This document shows, piece by piece, positions 8,423-17,745 of a DNA stretch of 64,000 nucleotides. How positions within the stretch are numbered: position 1 is the stretch's first letter; the number at the start of each line of letters is the position of its first letter. The DNA is from an uncultured Bacteriovoracaceae bacterium. GTDB taxonomy: Bacteria > Bdellovibrionota > UBA2428. The translations under genes and the position numbers were made by a program. Under the pieces are notes generated by a model. It was given only the letters and a program-made list of their open reading frames with translations, had not been told where the DNA came from and did no database searches. The DNA lies in contig CAYZFQ010000003.1 of NCBI GenBank assembly GCA_964477895.1, positions 122,243 through 186,242 on the forward strand, given 5' to 3'.

Positions 8423-9589
8423 TTAAATTGCCTGCCATGAGTAGGTGGGTTGTGGCAGAACACTTCGGTTATAGGGCACCTGTCCTTTTATAATCATGGA
8501 CCATTCTGCCGGAATGGGTACCTGAACTTCGGTTCTAGGTTCCGAGAAAAATTCATGGAAAGCCAGAACATGCGTCTCAATGCTTAAGCTTTGTGCAGGA
8601 CTCTGTAGATGGGCAAGGGGACGTCTTTTATGTCTTTTTGTGAACTGCGGGCGCATGTAATTTTTATCTATTAAAAAAAGCAGAAACTTCTTAGCCATTG
8701 CCGTATGAGTTTTGGAAAAGGAAATAGTTTCACGAGAAAAGGCCCCTACCTTTTTACGTATTAGCAGATCGGCGTGGTTCACGGGAAAAAGTATATTCTT
8801 AAAGCATCGATAGGCTTTCGCTGAGATCGTTATATGGTCAATGCAGCTTCCCTTAAGGTCATATTGAATGGAGCGTCGGTACTGAAAGTGTTCATCACTG
8901 ATCAAAGCCAGATTCTCCCCAGGCTTTTTTCGCTTAAGCATGCGCGATATTAAGGCGGTGGTGGCCTGGCGAATGGCATCTTTGGGATAAGAACCTACCG
9001 ATGCGACTAATTCTTTATTTTTGAGCTTTTGCCGTTCCGACATGCGGCCCTTGCGGTTCATCGGTGCGAGATTAAAGTCGTAGATAAAAAGCGAGGAAGT
9101 ACCAATCATTTGATTGATATAATTAGGGTCGTATTGCGTGCCGGCAAAGTTTTCTAGTCCGTCGTAGCAAATATCTTCATTCACAGTGCCAAGTTCATTT
9201 AAACGTTCCTGGTGCAATTTAAAGGCCCAATCAGCCATGCGGTTGAGCCGACCTCGCACACAGTGTTCGCTCACGCCAAAGACAAAGGCCAAGTCCCGGT
9301 TGGTAGCGCCAAGGGTGAAGGCCTTAAATATTCGAGCTGACAGAGTTTTATCGGGAAGTTTAAATCGGTAGTGAAACTTAAAAGCACGGGCCGAAAACTT
9401 TTTTCGACATTGAAAGCATTTAAATCGGGGGACTTGAGTTCCGTTTTTAACTTTGTACAAACCCGCCTTTCCCCACCACTTACGAGGACGAAGATCTAAG
9501 CTTTTCTTTAAATGATTAAAGCACTTAGCGTTGGTACAAAATGGTGGAGTGAAATTTATGAATTCAAACTTTTCTTCCATGCAAGGCAT
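8423..9589 (-). CDS. Transposase with N-terminal C2C2 zinc ribbon (IS1595-family-like DDE transposase)
   Basis: 388 aa. N-terminal C-x4-C ... C-x2-C (FCTNAKCF ... RFKCFQCRKKFSARAF) resembles the Zn_Tnp_IS1595 ribbon. Enclosed by TIRs. GAGGG SD-like motif upstream of Met1/Met4. Confidence 0.65.
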   Translation of the reverse strand: MPCMEEKFEFINFTPPFCTNAKCFNHLKKSLDLRPRKWWGKAGLYKVKNGTQVPRFKCFQCRKKFSARAFKFHYRFKLPDKTLSARIFKAFTLGATNRDLAFVFGVSEHCVRGRLNRMADWAFKLHQERLNELGTVNEDICYDGLENFAGTQYDPNYINQMIGTSSLFIYDFNLAPMNRKGRMSERQKLKNKELVASVGSYPKDAIRQATTALISRMLKRKKPGENLALISDEHFQYRRSIQYDLKGSCIDHITISAKAYRCFKNILFPVNHADLLIRKKVGAFSRETISFSKTHTAMAKKFLLFLIDKNYMRPQFTKRHKRRPLAHLQSPAQSLSIETHVLAFHEFFSEPRTEVQVPIPAEWSMIIKGQVPYNRSVLPQPTYSWQAI

Positions 9590-9624
9590 GCCCTCGCAAT
9601 TTCCGGGCCTACTTCACTTCCACA

Positions 9625-9647
9625 GGTCCACTTCCCGGCGCACAGTT
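9625..9647. repeat. IS right terminal inverted repeat
   Basis: Reverse complement of 8388-8410. Confidence 0.7.
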
Positions 9648-9650
9648 AAA

Positions 9651-10421
9651 TTAACGGCGCGTCCGAATCATGGCCGAAGCATATTCCCGGTTCAATCGAG
9701 CAATATTTTCCTGCTTAATTTCCTTGGGGCAGGCTGCAGAACAAGCCTGGGTATTGGTGCAGTTGCCAAAGCCTTCTTTGTCCATTTGCTCTACCATGTT
9801 TAAGACCCGGTCTTCTTTTTCGATGGCACCTTGTGGGAGCAAAGCCAAATGCGAAACCTTGGCAGCCACAAAAAGCATGGCCGAAGCATTTTTACAGGCT
9901 GCGACACAAGCTCCACAGCCGATGCAAGAAGCTGCTGCAAAGCTAAGATCGGCATTTTCTTTAGAAATAGGGAGGTTGTTGGCATCTTGGGCATTTCCGG
10001 TACTCACCGAAATGAAACCTCCGGCTTGAACCAAACGATCCAGAGCCGAGCGATCAGTAGACAAATCTTTTTGAACTGGAAAGGCTTTCGCTCGGAAGGG
10101 TTCTACGACCAAAGTTTCGCCTGACTTAAAGCGGCGCATATGGAGCTGGCAGGTAGCAGTTCCCGTATCGGGCCCATGAGGCGCTCCATTGATAACCAGT
10201 GAGCATGAACCGCAAATCCCTTCGCGGCAATCATGGTCAAAGGCCACGGGCTCTTCATTTTTCTTAATAAGATCTTGGTTAAGAACATCCAGCATTTCCA
10301 AAAAGGACATGTCGGGACTCACTCCTTTGAGGTCATAATCTTTAAGAGCCCCCTTGCTTTGGGGATTTTTTTGGCGCCAAATCTTTAGTTTTAAGTTCAG
10401 TCCCGAGGAATCATGGCTCAT
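9651..10421 (-). CDS. sdhB: Succinate dehydrogenase/fumarate reductase iron-sulfur subunit
   Basis: 2Fe-2S, 4Fe-4S and 3Fe-4S cysteine clusters ([10 protein letters not shown]..., [23 protein letters not shown]). Confidence 0.85.
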   Translation of the reverse strand: MSHDSSGLNLKLKIWRQKNPQSKGALKDYDLKGVSPDMSFLEMLDVLNQDLIKKNEEPVAFDHDCREGICGSCSLVINGAPHGPDTGTATCQLHMRRFKSGETLVVEPFRAKAFPVQKDLSTDRSALDRLVQAGGFISVSTGNAQDANNLPISKENADLSFAAASCIGCGACVAACKNASAMLFVAAKVSHLALLPQGAIEKEDRVLNMVEQMDKEGFGNCTNTQACSAACPKEIKQENIARLNREYASAMIRTRR

Positions 10422-10442
10422 AGTTTTTCCTTTTCCAAAACC

Positions 10443-12356
10443 CTATTTGTAACTTCTGGTGGAAAGTTTCACGTACTCAAAGTCCAAGTTTTCTTTATGA
10501 AGTGCTGGAGCTTTATTTTCGCCCTTCCATTCCCATGCGGCCACGTAACAAAAGTTCTCGTCGTCGCGTTTGGCTTCATTATCTTCTGTTTGGCTTTCTT
10601 CCCTAAAGTGACCGCCGCAGGATTCCGTTCGGTGAAGAGCATCCGTGCACATCAGCTCTCCTAATTCCAAGAAGTCGGCCACGCGACCTGCCTTTTCGAG
10701 TTCTTGGTTCATGTCGTTTGAGTCGCCTGGAATTTTTACGTCATTCCAGAATTCTTCTCGAATTTTAGGGATTTCTTTAAGCGCAAGCTTAAGCCCTGCC
10801 TCATTGCGACCCATTCCACAATAATCCCACATGAGTTTGCCCAGTTTGCGGTGAATTTCGTCCACTGTTTGAGAGCCATTAATGTCGAGCATCTTGCGCG
10901 AGCGCAGCTGCACGTCGTTCATGGCCTCAGAAAATGCCACATGGTCGGTGGTCACCTTGCCGAGTTTGTGAGACGCGAAGTAATGGCCCAAAGTGTAAGG
11001 AATCACAAAGTATCCATCGGCCAAGCCCTGCATAAGGGCCGAGGCTCCTAAGCGGTTAGCTCCGTGGTCTGAGAAGTTCGCCTCACCTAAAACGTGAAGA
11101 CCTGGGATCGTAGACATCAAATGATAATCCACCCAGAGTCCGCCCATCGTGTAGTGAACCGCAGGATAAATACGCATGGGAACTATGTAAGGGTCTTCGC
11201 CTGTGATTTTGTCGTACATGGCAAAAAGGTTGCCATAGCGCTCTTCAATTTTTTCTTTACTGTCTCGCTGAATGGCATCTCGGAAATCCAAGTAGACCGA
11301 CAAACCCGTAGCTCCCACACCTTGGCCATTGTCGCAGGCAAATTTGGCTTGTCGTGAGCTCACATCTCGAGGAGCGAGATTACCGAAGCTGGGATAAATT
11401 CGCTCTAAGTAGTAGTCCCGCTCACTGTCTGGAATTTCCCGAGGATCTCGTCTGTCTCCCTTGGCCTTGGGCACCCAAACTCGGCCATCATTTCGCAGAG
11501 ACTCCGACATCAAAGTGAGTTTGGATTGGTGATCGCCCGAAACAGGAATGCAAGTGGGGTGAATTTGCGTAAAGCAAGGATTGCCAAAGTAAGCGCCTTT
11601 TTTATGAGCCCGCCAAACGGCTGTGGCATTCGAAGCTTTGGCATTGGTCGAAAGATAAAATACGTTGCCATAACCTCCCGTGCACAAAAGAACGGCATCG
11701 GCGGCGTATTTTTCGAGCTCACCTGTGATGAGGTTGCGCACAATAATGCCGCGGGCCTGGCCTTCCACCAAAACCAATTCTAACATTTCCCGCCGCGGGT
11801 AGTATTTAATTTTTCCACTCGCCACTTCTTTCATCATGGCTTGGTAGGCCCCGATAAGCAGCTGCTGTCCAGTTTGGCCGGCCGCATAGAAGGTGCGGGA
11901 AACTTGAGCCCCCCCAAAGGAGCGGTTCGAAAGGAGACCTCCGTATTCACGTGCAAAGGGCACGCCCTGAGCGACACATTGGTCGATGATATTTACAGAC
12001 ACCTCGGCTAAGCGATGAACATTGGCTTCGCGCGCTCGGTAATCTCCACCTTTGATGGTGTCGTAGAAAAGTCGGTGAACAGAGTCACCGTCGTTTTGGT
12101 AATTTTTTGCCGCATTGATGCCCCCTTGGGCCGCAATAGAGTGAGCCCGCCTGGCACTATCCGAGTAACAAAAAGAAAGAACGTTGTAGCCCATCTCAGC
12201 TAGGCTCGCGGCAGCGGAAGCACCGGCCAGCCCCGTCCCGACGATGGCCACCGTAAATTTACGACGGTTCGTGGGATTTATCAGCTTCATGTCGAACTTA
12301 TGATTTTCCCATTTACCCTCTAACGGACCCTTGGGAACCTTTGAATCAAGTGCCAT
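10443..12356 (-). CDS. sdhA: Succinate dehydrogenase/fumarate reductase flavoprotein subunit
   Basis: 637 aa. FAD-binding N-terminus ([21 protein letters not shown]). Conserved SDH/FRD flavoprotein motifs (HYTMGG, catalytic His/Arg region). Confidence 0.9.
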   Translation of the reverse strand: MALDSKVPKGPLEGKWENHKFDMKLINPTNRRKFTVAIVGTGLAGASAAASLAEMGYNVLSFCYSDSARRAHSIAAQGGINAAKNYQNDGDSVHRLFYDTIKGGDYRAREANVHRLAEVSVNIIDQCVAQGVPFAREYGGLLSNRSFGGAQVSRTFYAAGQTGQQLLIGAYQAMMKEVASGKIKYYPRREMLELVLVEGQARGIIVRNLITGELEKYAADAVLLCTGGYGNVFYLSTNAKASNATAVWRAHKKGAYFGNPCFTQIHPTCIPVSGDHQSKLTLMSESLRNDGRVWVPKAKGDRRDPREIPDSERDYYLERIYPSFGNLAPRDVSSRQAKFACDNGQGVGATGLSVYLDFRDAIQRDSKEKIEERYGNLFAMYDKITGEDPYIVPMRIYPAVHYTMGGLWVDYHLMSTIPGLHVLGEANFSDHGANRLGASALMQGLADGYFVIPYTLGHYFASHKLGKVTTDHVAFSEAMNDVQLRSRKMLDINGSQTVDEIHRKLGKLMWDYCGMGRNEAGLKLALKEIPKIREEFWNDVKIPGDSNDMNQELEKAGRVADFLELGELMCTDALHRTESCGGHFREESQTEDNEAKRDDENFCYVAAWEWKGENKAPALHKENLDFEYVKLSTRSYK

Positions 12357-12360
12357 CTTT

Positions 12361-13029
12361 TTAATTCCTTAAAAAATAAACATAGAGTGGTTGAGAGAGA
12401 AAGCCTGCCGCCACAATCACAGCGTAAACTGTGCCGATGGCGCGAATGCAAGGCGTGTAACGAGGATGGTTAAATCCTAATGATTGAAAGATCGACGAAA
12501 ATCCGTGGCTTAAGTGAAATCCTAAAAGTACTAAAGACACCACATACCAGAGCACGTAGCCAGTGCTCTGGAAGACCTCCACAATGAGGCGATGAAGGTC
12601 TCGCATCTCAACCCCGTTGTAGCTCACAGTGTAGAGAGTGCCGTATTTAAAAGTGGCAATGTGCAAGATCACAAAAGCTAAAATAAGACTTCCAGTATAA
12701 GCCATGGTGCGCGACGAAAAAGAGGCCCGCTTTTCACCTTTGGGTAGGACAGCGTAACCCAGGGGACGAGCCCGCTTGTTTTCAATAGACAATTTTATAC
12801 CGAGAGCGGCATGGAGGAGCAGACTCAGCACCAGTACCGCCTCAGCCAAAGGCAATATGGGATTTGTAATAATGGCATGCCCATATTTGTTATAGGCTTC
12901 GGCACTCACAAAAATCAGCATATTGCCTGCCATGTGACTTAAGACGAAGCCTGACCAAACGAGGCCAGTGATGCCCATCAGAAATTTTTTACCGATGGAC
13001 CGATGAAGCAATCCTTTGAGACTCGACAT
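12361..13029 (-). CDS. sdhC: Succinate dehydrogenase/fumarate reductase cytochrome b subunit (single-subunit, 5-TM type B anchor)
   Basis: 222 aa with five predicted TM helices and conserved His residues. Sits immediately upstream of sdhA. There is no separate sdhD. Confidence 0.7.
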   Translation of the reverse strand: MSSLKGLLHRSIGKKFLMGITGLVWSGFVLSHMAGNMLIFVSAEAYNKYGHAIITNPILPLAEAVLVLSLLLHAALGIKLSIENKRARPLGYAVLPKGEKRASFSSRTMAYTGSLILAFVILHIATFKYGTLYTVSYNGVEMRDLHRLIVEVFQSTGYVLWYVVSLVLLGFHLSHGFSSIFQSLGFNHPRYTPCIRAIGTVYAVIVAAGFLSQPLYVYFLRN

Positions 13030-13101
13030 AAAGGAAACTTTAGCAAGAAAAAGCCCTAAGCTGTGGGGCTGTGCAAAAAATATTTCCCCAAAACACTGAC
13101 G

Positions 13102-14277
13102 TTAGGTGGAAGCTTCTTTAGATAAGTTGCTTGCTATTACAATTCTTTGAATCTCACTTGTGCCCTCGTAAATTTCGGTAATCTTGGCATCCCGAAAATG
13201 GCGCTCCATATTGTAGTCCTTGGTATACCCATAGCCCCCTAAAACTTGAATTCCCCGAGTGGTAATTTCCATGCAAGCCTCGGAAGCAAAAAGCTTGGCC
13301 TGAGCGGCATCTCTTGAGTAGGGAAGTCCTCGATCCTTCCTCGAGGCCGCGGCCCTAACCAAGAGCCGTGAGGCTTCAAGTTTGGTAGCCATATCTGCCA
13401 GGTGAACTTGGATCATGCCCAGCTGAGCAATGGGCTTTCCAAAGGCCGTCCGTTCTTGCGCGTATAGAGTGGCTTCTTCAACGGCAGATCTTGCAATACC
13501 CACCGCTTGGCAGGCCACACCGATCCGACCCCCATCAAGAGTTTTCATAGCCACCTTAAAGCCGTCGTCGGCTGAGCCTAAAAGATTTTCCTCAGGAATT
13601 TCTACATTATCCAAAAGAATCTGAGTGGTGCTAGACCCGCAAATCCCCAACTTGTCTTCAACCTTACCTACGGAATATCCTTTACGATGAGATTCCACGA
13701 TAAAGGCTCCAATTCCCTTGTGTTTTTTGTCGGGGTCAATGATAGCGTACACGATGGCCAATTCCGCCTCACGCCCGTTTGTGATGAAGTTTTTCACCCC
13801 ATTTAAAATCCATTTATTGCCCTTTTTTAGGGCCCGAGTTTTCATGGCCGCCGCATCAGATCCACTCCCAGGTTCCGAGAGAGCGTAGCAGCCTAACTTT
13901 TTCCCAGTGGCTAGGTCTGGAAGAAACTTCTGTTTCTGCTCCTCGGTGCCGAAGGCTGTAATGGGGAAACAGGCCAAGCTGTTATTGACCGACATAATAA
14001 TTGCCGTCGAAGCACACGCCGTTCCTACTTCCTCAAGGACCGCCACATATGCTAGGGCACTTAAACCTGAGCCTCCATATTCGGTGGGCACCATCATCCC
14101 TAGAAATCCCATCGCCCCCATCTGCGCCACAATTTCCTTCGGGAACTGATGTTTAGAGTCGATATCTCGAGCACGAGGTAGGATCTCTTTTCGGGCGAAG
14201 TCACGTGCCACTTGGGCCAGCGCGGCTTCATCTGAGCTCAGTAAGGTGTCGTTTGTGAGATTAAAATAGGCTGCCAT
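13102..14277 (-). CDS. Acyl-CoA dehydrogenase (short/branched-chain type)
   Basis: ACAD family motifs throughout (…YALSEPGSGSDAAAMKTRA…, C-terminal …EIYEGTSEIQR…). Confidence 0.85.
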   Translation of the reverse strand: MAAYFNLTNDTLLSSDEAALAQVARDFARKEILPRARDIDSKHQFPKEIVAQMGAMGFLGMMVPTEYGGSGLSALAYVAVLEEVGTACASTAIIMSVNNSLACFPITAFGTEEQKQKFLPDLATGKKLGCYALSEPGSGSDAAAMKTRALKKGNKWILNGVKNFITNGREAELAIVYAIIDPDKKHKGIGAFIVESHRKGYSVGKVEDKLGICGSSTTQILLDNVEIPEENLLGSADDGFKVAMKTLDGGRIGVACQAVGIARSAVEEATLYAQERTAFGKPIAQLGMIQVHLADMATKLEASRLLVRAAASRKDRGLPYSRDAAQAKLFASEACMEITTRGIQVLGGYGYTKDYNMERHFRDAKITEIYEGTSEIQRIVIASNLSKEAST

Positions 14278-14398
14278 CTTTCTATTCTAGGGGAGTGTGG
14301 GCTTTTGTCACTCTTGTGAGCTGAGAGGGTTGTTGCTCTGCAGCGAGTGAAGCAGGCTTTTGACTGAAGACCCCACTCGCATCTAAAAATTCTTAGGT

Positions 14399-15526
14399 AT
14401 GCCTGTAGACGATTTCCGTAAATCCTTCAGTTTCAAACCCGAACTCGTAACCCTAAACAACGCATCCTTCACTCCGCTCAGCAATCCGGCCCGCGACAAA
14501 CTTATTGAACTGACCAGGCTACAAAGCGAAGAGGGCTCGTCGGCAGTGCCTGCCATGTTTTCTCAGTTTGAGAATGCGCGAAGTACTTTTGCCCGATTTT
14601 TAGGATTAAAGCCCACTGAAGTCGCTTTCACTCATGGCTGCGCCACTTCAATTTCGTTTGCAGCCTTGGGTTATAAAAAACTGTCTCAAGGCGGGGAAAT
14701 TCTCACTTTAGACCAAGAATATCCCTCCAACGCCTACCCCTGGATTGAGGCAGCTAAGTTGCGAGGCGCTTCGGTAATCCGAGTCCACAGCGATAAAAAC
14801 TTTTCTATAAATTGGGAACAATTTTTAGATCAGATTCACTCTGATACTCAGGTGGTGACTCTTTCCTGGGTCCAGTACCAATCGGGTGAGAGAGCACCTC
14901 TGAAAGAAATTTCTGATCGCTGCAAAGATGTAGGGGCTCTCTTTGTTGTGGATGGCTTTCAAGCTTTGGGTGTCATTCCGTTTAATATCAAAGAAATGGG
15001 AGTCGACGTGATTTGTGGGGCGAGCCACAAATGGCTTTGTGGTCCCTTAGGTGCCGGCTTCCTAGGAATTCGCGAAGAGTTGATGGAAGACTTTTATCCC
15101 GCCATTGTGGGCGCCACAACCTACGGCACGCCAATGGACACGGTCGACCTCAGCCGCAGGCCCCACTCCGATGCGAAGCGCTTCGAGGCTGGCGCCCCAG
15201 CACTCCCCAACGTGGTGGCTGCAGCCGAATCAATAAAATTATTTATGGACTTTGGTGTAGAGAATATTTACCGCGCAGCTATGGCTGCGCGGGCGGAAAT
15301 TAAAGCGGCCCTAGAGAAAAAAGACTTTGAAGTTTTAGGGGGCAATAAGGCCTCGAGCCCAATTCTAACTTTTAGAGATCCTCGAGGGAATATCACTAAG
15401 TTAAGTTCAAATTTCGATGCGGCAAAAGTTTTATACACCCAACGCGAAGATCGAATTCGACTCGCCCCACATGGCTTTACAAATGCGCAAGACCTTCAGA
15501 AATTTCGTGCCGCTTTGGAAAAGTGA
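14399..15526 (+). CDS. Class V aminotransferase (cysteine desulfurase/isopenicillin-N epimerase-like)
   Basis: PLP-lysine motif region ICGASHKWLCGPLGAGFL. Fold-type I class V architecture. Confidence 0.8.
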   Translation: MPVDDFRKSFSFKPELVTLNNASFTPLSNPARDKLIELTRLQSEEGSSAVPAMFSQFENARSTFARFLGLKPTEVAFTHGCATSISFAALGYKKLSQGGEILTLDQEYPSNAYPWIEAAKLRGASVIRVHSDKNFSINWEQFLDQIHSDTQVVTLSWVQYQSGERAPLKEISDRCKDVGALFVVDGFQALGVIPFNIKEMGVDVICGASHKWLCGPLGAGFLGIREELMEDFYPAIVGATTYGTPMDTVDLSRRPHSDAKRFEAGAPALPNVVAAAESIKLFMDFGVENIYRAAMAARAEIKAALEKKDFEVLGGNKASSPILTFRDPRGNITKLSSNFDAAKVLYTQREDRIRLAPHGFTNAQDLQKFRAALEK

Positions 15527-15528
15527 AT

Positions 15529-16344
15529 CTAATTTCCCGAAAACTTAGCTTTACGCTTTTCCAAAAACGCCGCCACACCCTCTTTTTTATCTGCAGTAGC
15601 GAATATTCTTCCAAAAGCTTTGGCTTCTTCCTCACAAACCGTCTCAATAATTTTTTTCTGCCCTAAGCGACAGAGCCGTTTTATTTCTGCCAAAGCTCCG
15701 GGTGAGGATTTTTTTATAAATTCTCCCATCACCTCTAAGGCGAAGGGCAAGATTTCTTCATTTTCCGTCACTCGCTGGATGAGCCCTAAACGCAGAGCCT
15801 CCTCGGCTTTAATGCGCGCCCCGGAATATAAAAGCTCCAAAGATTTTGAAAGTCCTAATTTTGCGGTGAAACGAGCGGTGGCACCAAAACCCGGGATTAA
15901 TCCTAAATGCGCCTCAGGCTGCCCAAACTCGGACTTGGCTGTGGCCACAATCAAATCACAACCCATGGCAAGTTCAAGCCCCCCACCCAATGCAAAACCT
16001 CGAACGGCTGCAATCACGGGAACTGGAATTTCACCCAACGCAGCAAAAGCCTCCTGACCCTCTCGAGAAAATTTTTCGGCGGCGGCCGAATCCAGATCTT
16101 TCATCTCGGCAATATCTGCCCCCGCTACAAAAGCTTTCTCCCCGCTTCCGATCAAAATCAGGCCGCGTTTAGAATAAGACGAACGAAGTTCGTCCTTTAA
16201 TCGGTCCGCCTCCGAGCGGACCCTTTTAAGGACCGCCATATTCAGGGCGTTTAAAAAAAGGGGTCGATTGAGGGTCCACACTTCAACATGGTGGCTGGCA
16301 CAATCGCGCGTTTCGACCCTGAGGATGTCTTCTTCATTGGCCAT
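15529..16344 (-). CDS. Enoyl-CoA hydratase/isomerase (crotonase family)
   Basis: Crotonase signatures (FVAGADIAEM, GGGLELAMGCD). Confidence 0.85.
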   Translation of the reverse strand: MANEEDILRVETRDCASHHVEVWTLNRPLFLNALNMAVLKRVRSEADRLKDELRSSYSKRGLILIGSGEKAFVAGADIAEMKDLDSAAAEKFSREGQEAFAALGEIPVPVIAAVRGFALGGGLELAMGCDLIVATAKSEFGQPEAHLGLIPGFGATARFTAKLGLSKSLELLYSGARIKAEEALRLGLIQRVTENEEILPFALEVMGEFIKKSSPGALAEIKRLCRLGQKKIIETVCEEEAKAFGRIFATADKKEGVAAFLEKRKAKFSGN

Positions 16345-16374
16345 TTTCTGCTCCTAATTGTTTATGAGTGAGCA

Positions 16375-17217
16375 CTAGTAGGTGTAAAAGCCGCGGCCAG
16401 ATTTTTTACCGAGCCAACCCGCTTCCACATAATTTCGCAGCAAGGGTGCCGGTCGATATTTGCTGTCTCCCAGCCCCTCAAAGAGAACTTGCATAATCGC
16501 CAAACAAGTATCGAGACCGATAAAATCGGCAAGAGCCAGGGGACCCATCGGCTGATTGGTGCCGAGTTTCATGGCGTTATCAATATCTACGGCTGTACCG
16601 ATGTTCTCACTGAGCGCAAAGACAGCTTCATTGATCATGGGCATGAGAATCCGGTTCACAATAAATCCTGGCATATCTTGTGAGGTCACCACTTCTTTCC
16701 CCATGGTCTTCGCCCAGGTCTTAACTTGGTTATAGCTGCCATCGCTGGTGGCGAGCCCTCGGATAACTTCCACTAATTTCATAAGGGGAACGGGATTCAT
16801 AAAATGCATGCCAATAACTTTGTCGGGACGTTTGGTACACGCGGCAATTTTTGTAATGGAAATAGATGAGGTGTTAGAGGCCAAGATAGAATGGGCAGGG
16901 AGAACGGAATCAAGTTCTGAAAATATTTTCTTTTTAATTTCGAAGTTTTCCGAGACAGCTTCCACCACTAAGTCTGGCCCGAAGCTTCCCAAATCTTTCA
17001 AGGTAGGCGCAAATTTTAAGCGCTTTAAAACATCTGCAGGGGCTTCCGAAATTAGTTTTTTCTCAGACAACTTCGTTAAACTTTTTTCAAAACCTAGCTG
17101 CGCCTTAGCCTGCGCTCCCGCCTGAGGCTCAAATATAAAAACCTCAAAACCGCTTTGTGCCCCGACCTGAGCAATGCCCGCACCCATTTGGCCCGCACCC
17201 ACTACAGCTAATTTCAT
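16375..17217 (-). CDS. 3-hydroxyacyl-CoA / 3-hydroxybutyryl-CoA dehydrogenase
   Basis: NAD-binding N-terminus MKLAVVGAGQMGAGIAQV. HBD family motifs. Confidence 0.85.
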   Translation of the reverse strand: MKLAVVGAGQMGAGIAQVGAQSGFEVFIFEPQAGAQAKAQLGFEKSLTKLSEKKLISEAPADVLKRLKFAPTLKDLGSFGPDLVVEAVSENFEIKKKIFSELDSVLPAHSILASNTSSISITKIAACTKRPDKVIGMHFMNPVPLMKLVEVIRGLATSDGSYNQVKTWAKTMGKEVVTSQDMPGFIVNRILMPMINEAVFALSENIGTAVDIDNAMKLGTNQPMGPLALADFIGLDTCLAIMQVLFEGLGDSKYRPAPLLRNYVEAGWLGKKSGRGFYTY

Positions 17218-17666
17218 AGGGTAATTCCTGTAGATCCAAAGCCGCCTGTGCCTCGTTCCGTGGAAGAAAGCTCCAGGCTTTCCACGTGTTCAACGGGGGT
17301 GAGTTCAGACACCAGCGCCTGCGCGATGCGATCGCCCGAATTCACTGTGAGATTCTGGGAACCGATGAGGGTTGCGATGACTTTAATTTCCCCCCGGTAA
17401 TCAGAATCAATCGTGCCCACACCATTGACTAACATAAATCCGTATTTCACAGCCAAGCCGCTACGCGCGCGCACTTGAAGCTCAAAACCCATAGGAACCT
17501 CACAAGCTAGTCCTGTAGGTATCAAAACAATTTTTCCCGGCTCAAGTACGAGGGGAGCCTCCAAAGCTGCCGTAAGATCAAAACAGGCCGCTCCCGCACT
17601 GGCCACTTGTGGGATTTGCGCCTTCTCATTCAGGCGCTTCCATTTAAGTTTTAATTGAGTTGCCAT
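17214..17666 (-). CDS. dut: dUTP diphosphatase
   Basis: 150 aa with dUTPase motifs (AGAACFDL, GVGTIDSDYRGE). ATGA overlap with the downstream dehydrogenase gene. Confidence 0.85.
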   Translation of the reverse strand: MATQLKLKWKRLNEKAQIPQVASAGAACFDLTAALEAPLVLEPGKIVLIPTGLACEVPMGFELQVRARSGLAVKYGFMLVNGVGTIDSDYRGEIKVIATLIGSQNLTVNSGDRIAQALVSELTPVEHVESLELSSTERGTGGFGSTGITL

Positions 17667-17698
17667 TTTTAATTCCCCTTCTTAACTTTTAACACGGT

Positions 17699-17730
17699 GC
17701 CTACATGAAAAGGCGCCAGGCGCCCTTTCC
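17699..17730 (-). terminator. Terminator-like GC hairpin + T-tract module (copy A of a 3-copy repeat)
   Basis: Minus-strand reading gives GGCGCCTGGCGCC followed by TTTTCATGTAGGCACC, immediately after the M16 peptidase stop. Near-identical modules occur at 37437-37467 and 38793-38820. Confidence 0.45.
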
Positions 17731-17745
17731 TCAGACGCCCTTTCC

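Larger units (their letters stand above)
8388..9647 (-). mobile_element. Insertion sequence, 1260 bp, single transposase ORF, 21-23 bp TIRs (IS1595-like candidate)
   Basis: Left TIR is AACTGTGCGCCGGGAAGTGGA (8388-8408). Right TIR is its exact reverse complement, TCCACTTCCCGGCGCACAGTT (9627-9647). The match extends to 23 bp with 1 mismatch. They bracket ORF 8423-9589. No target-site duplication is evident. Confidence 0.7.
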
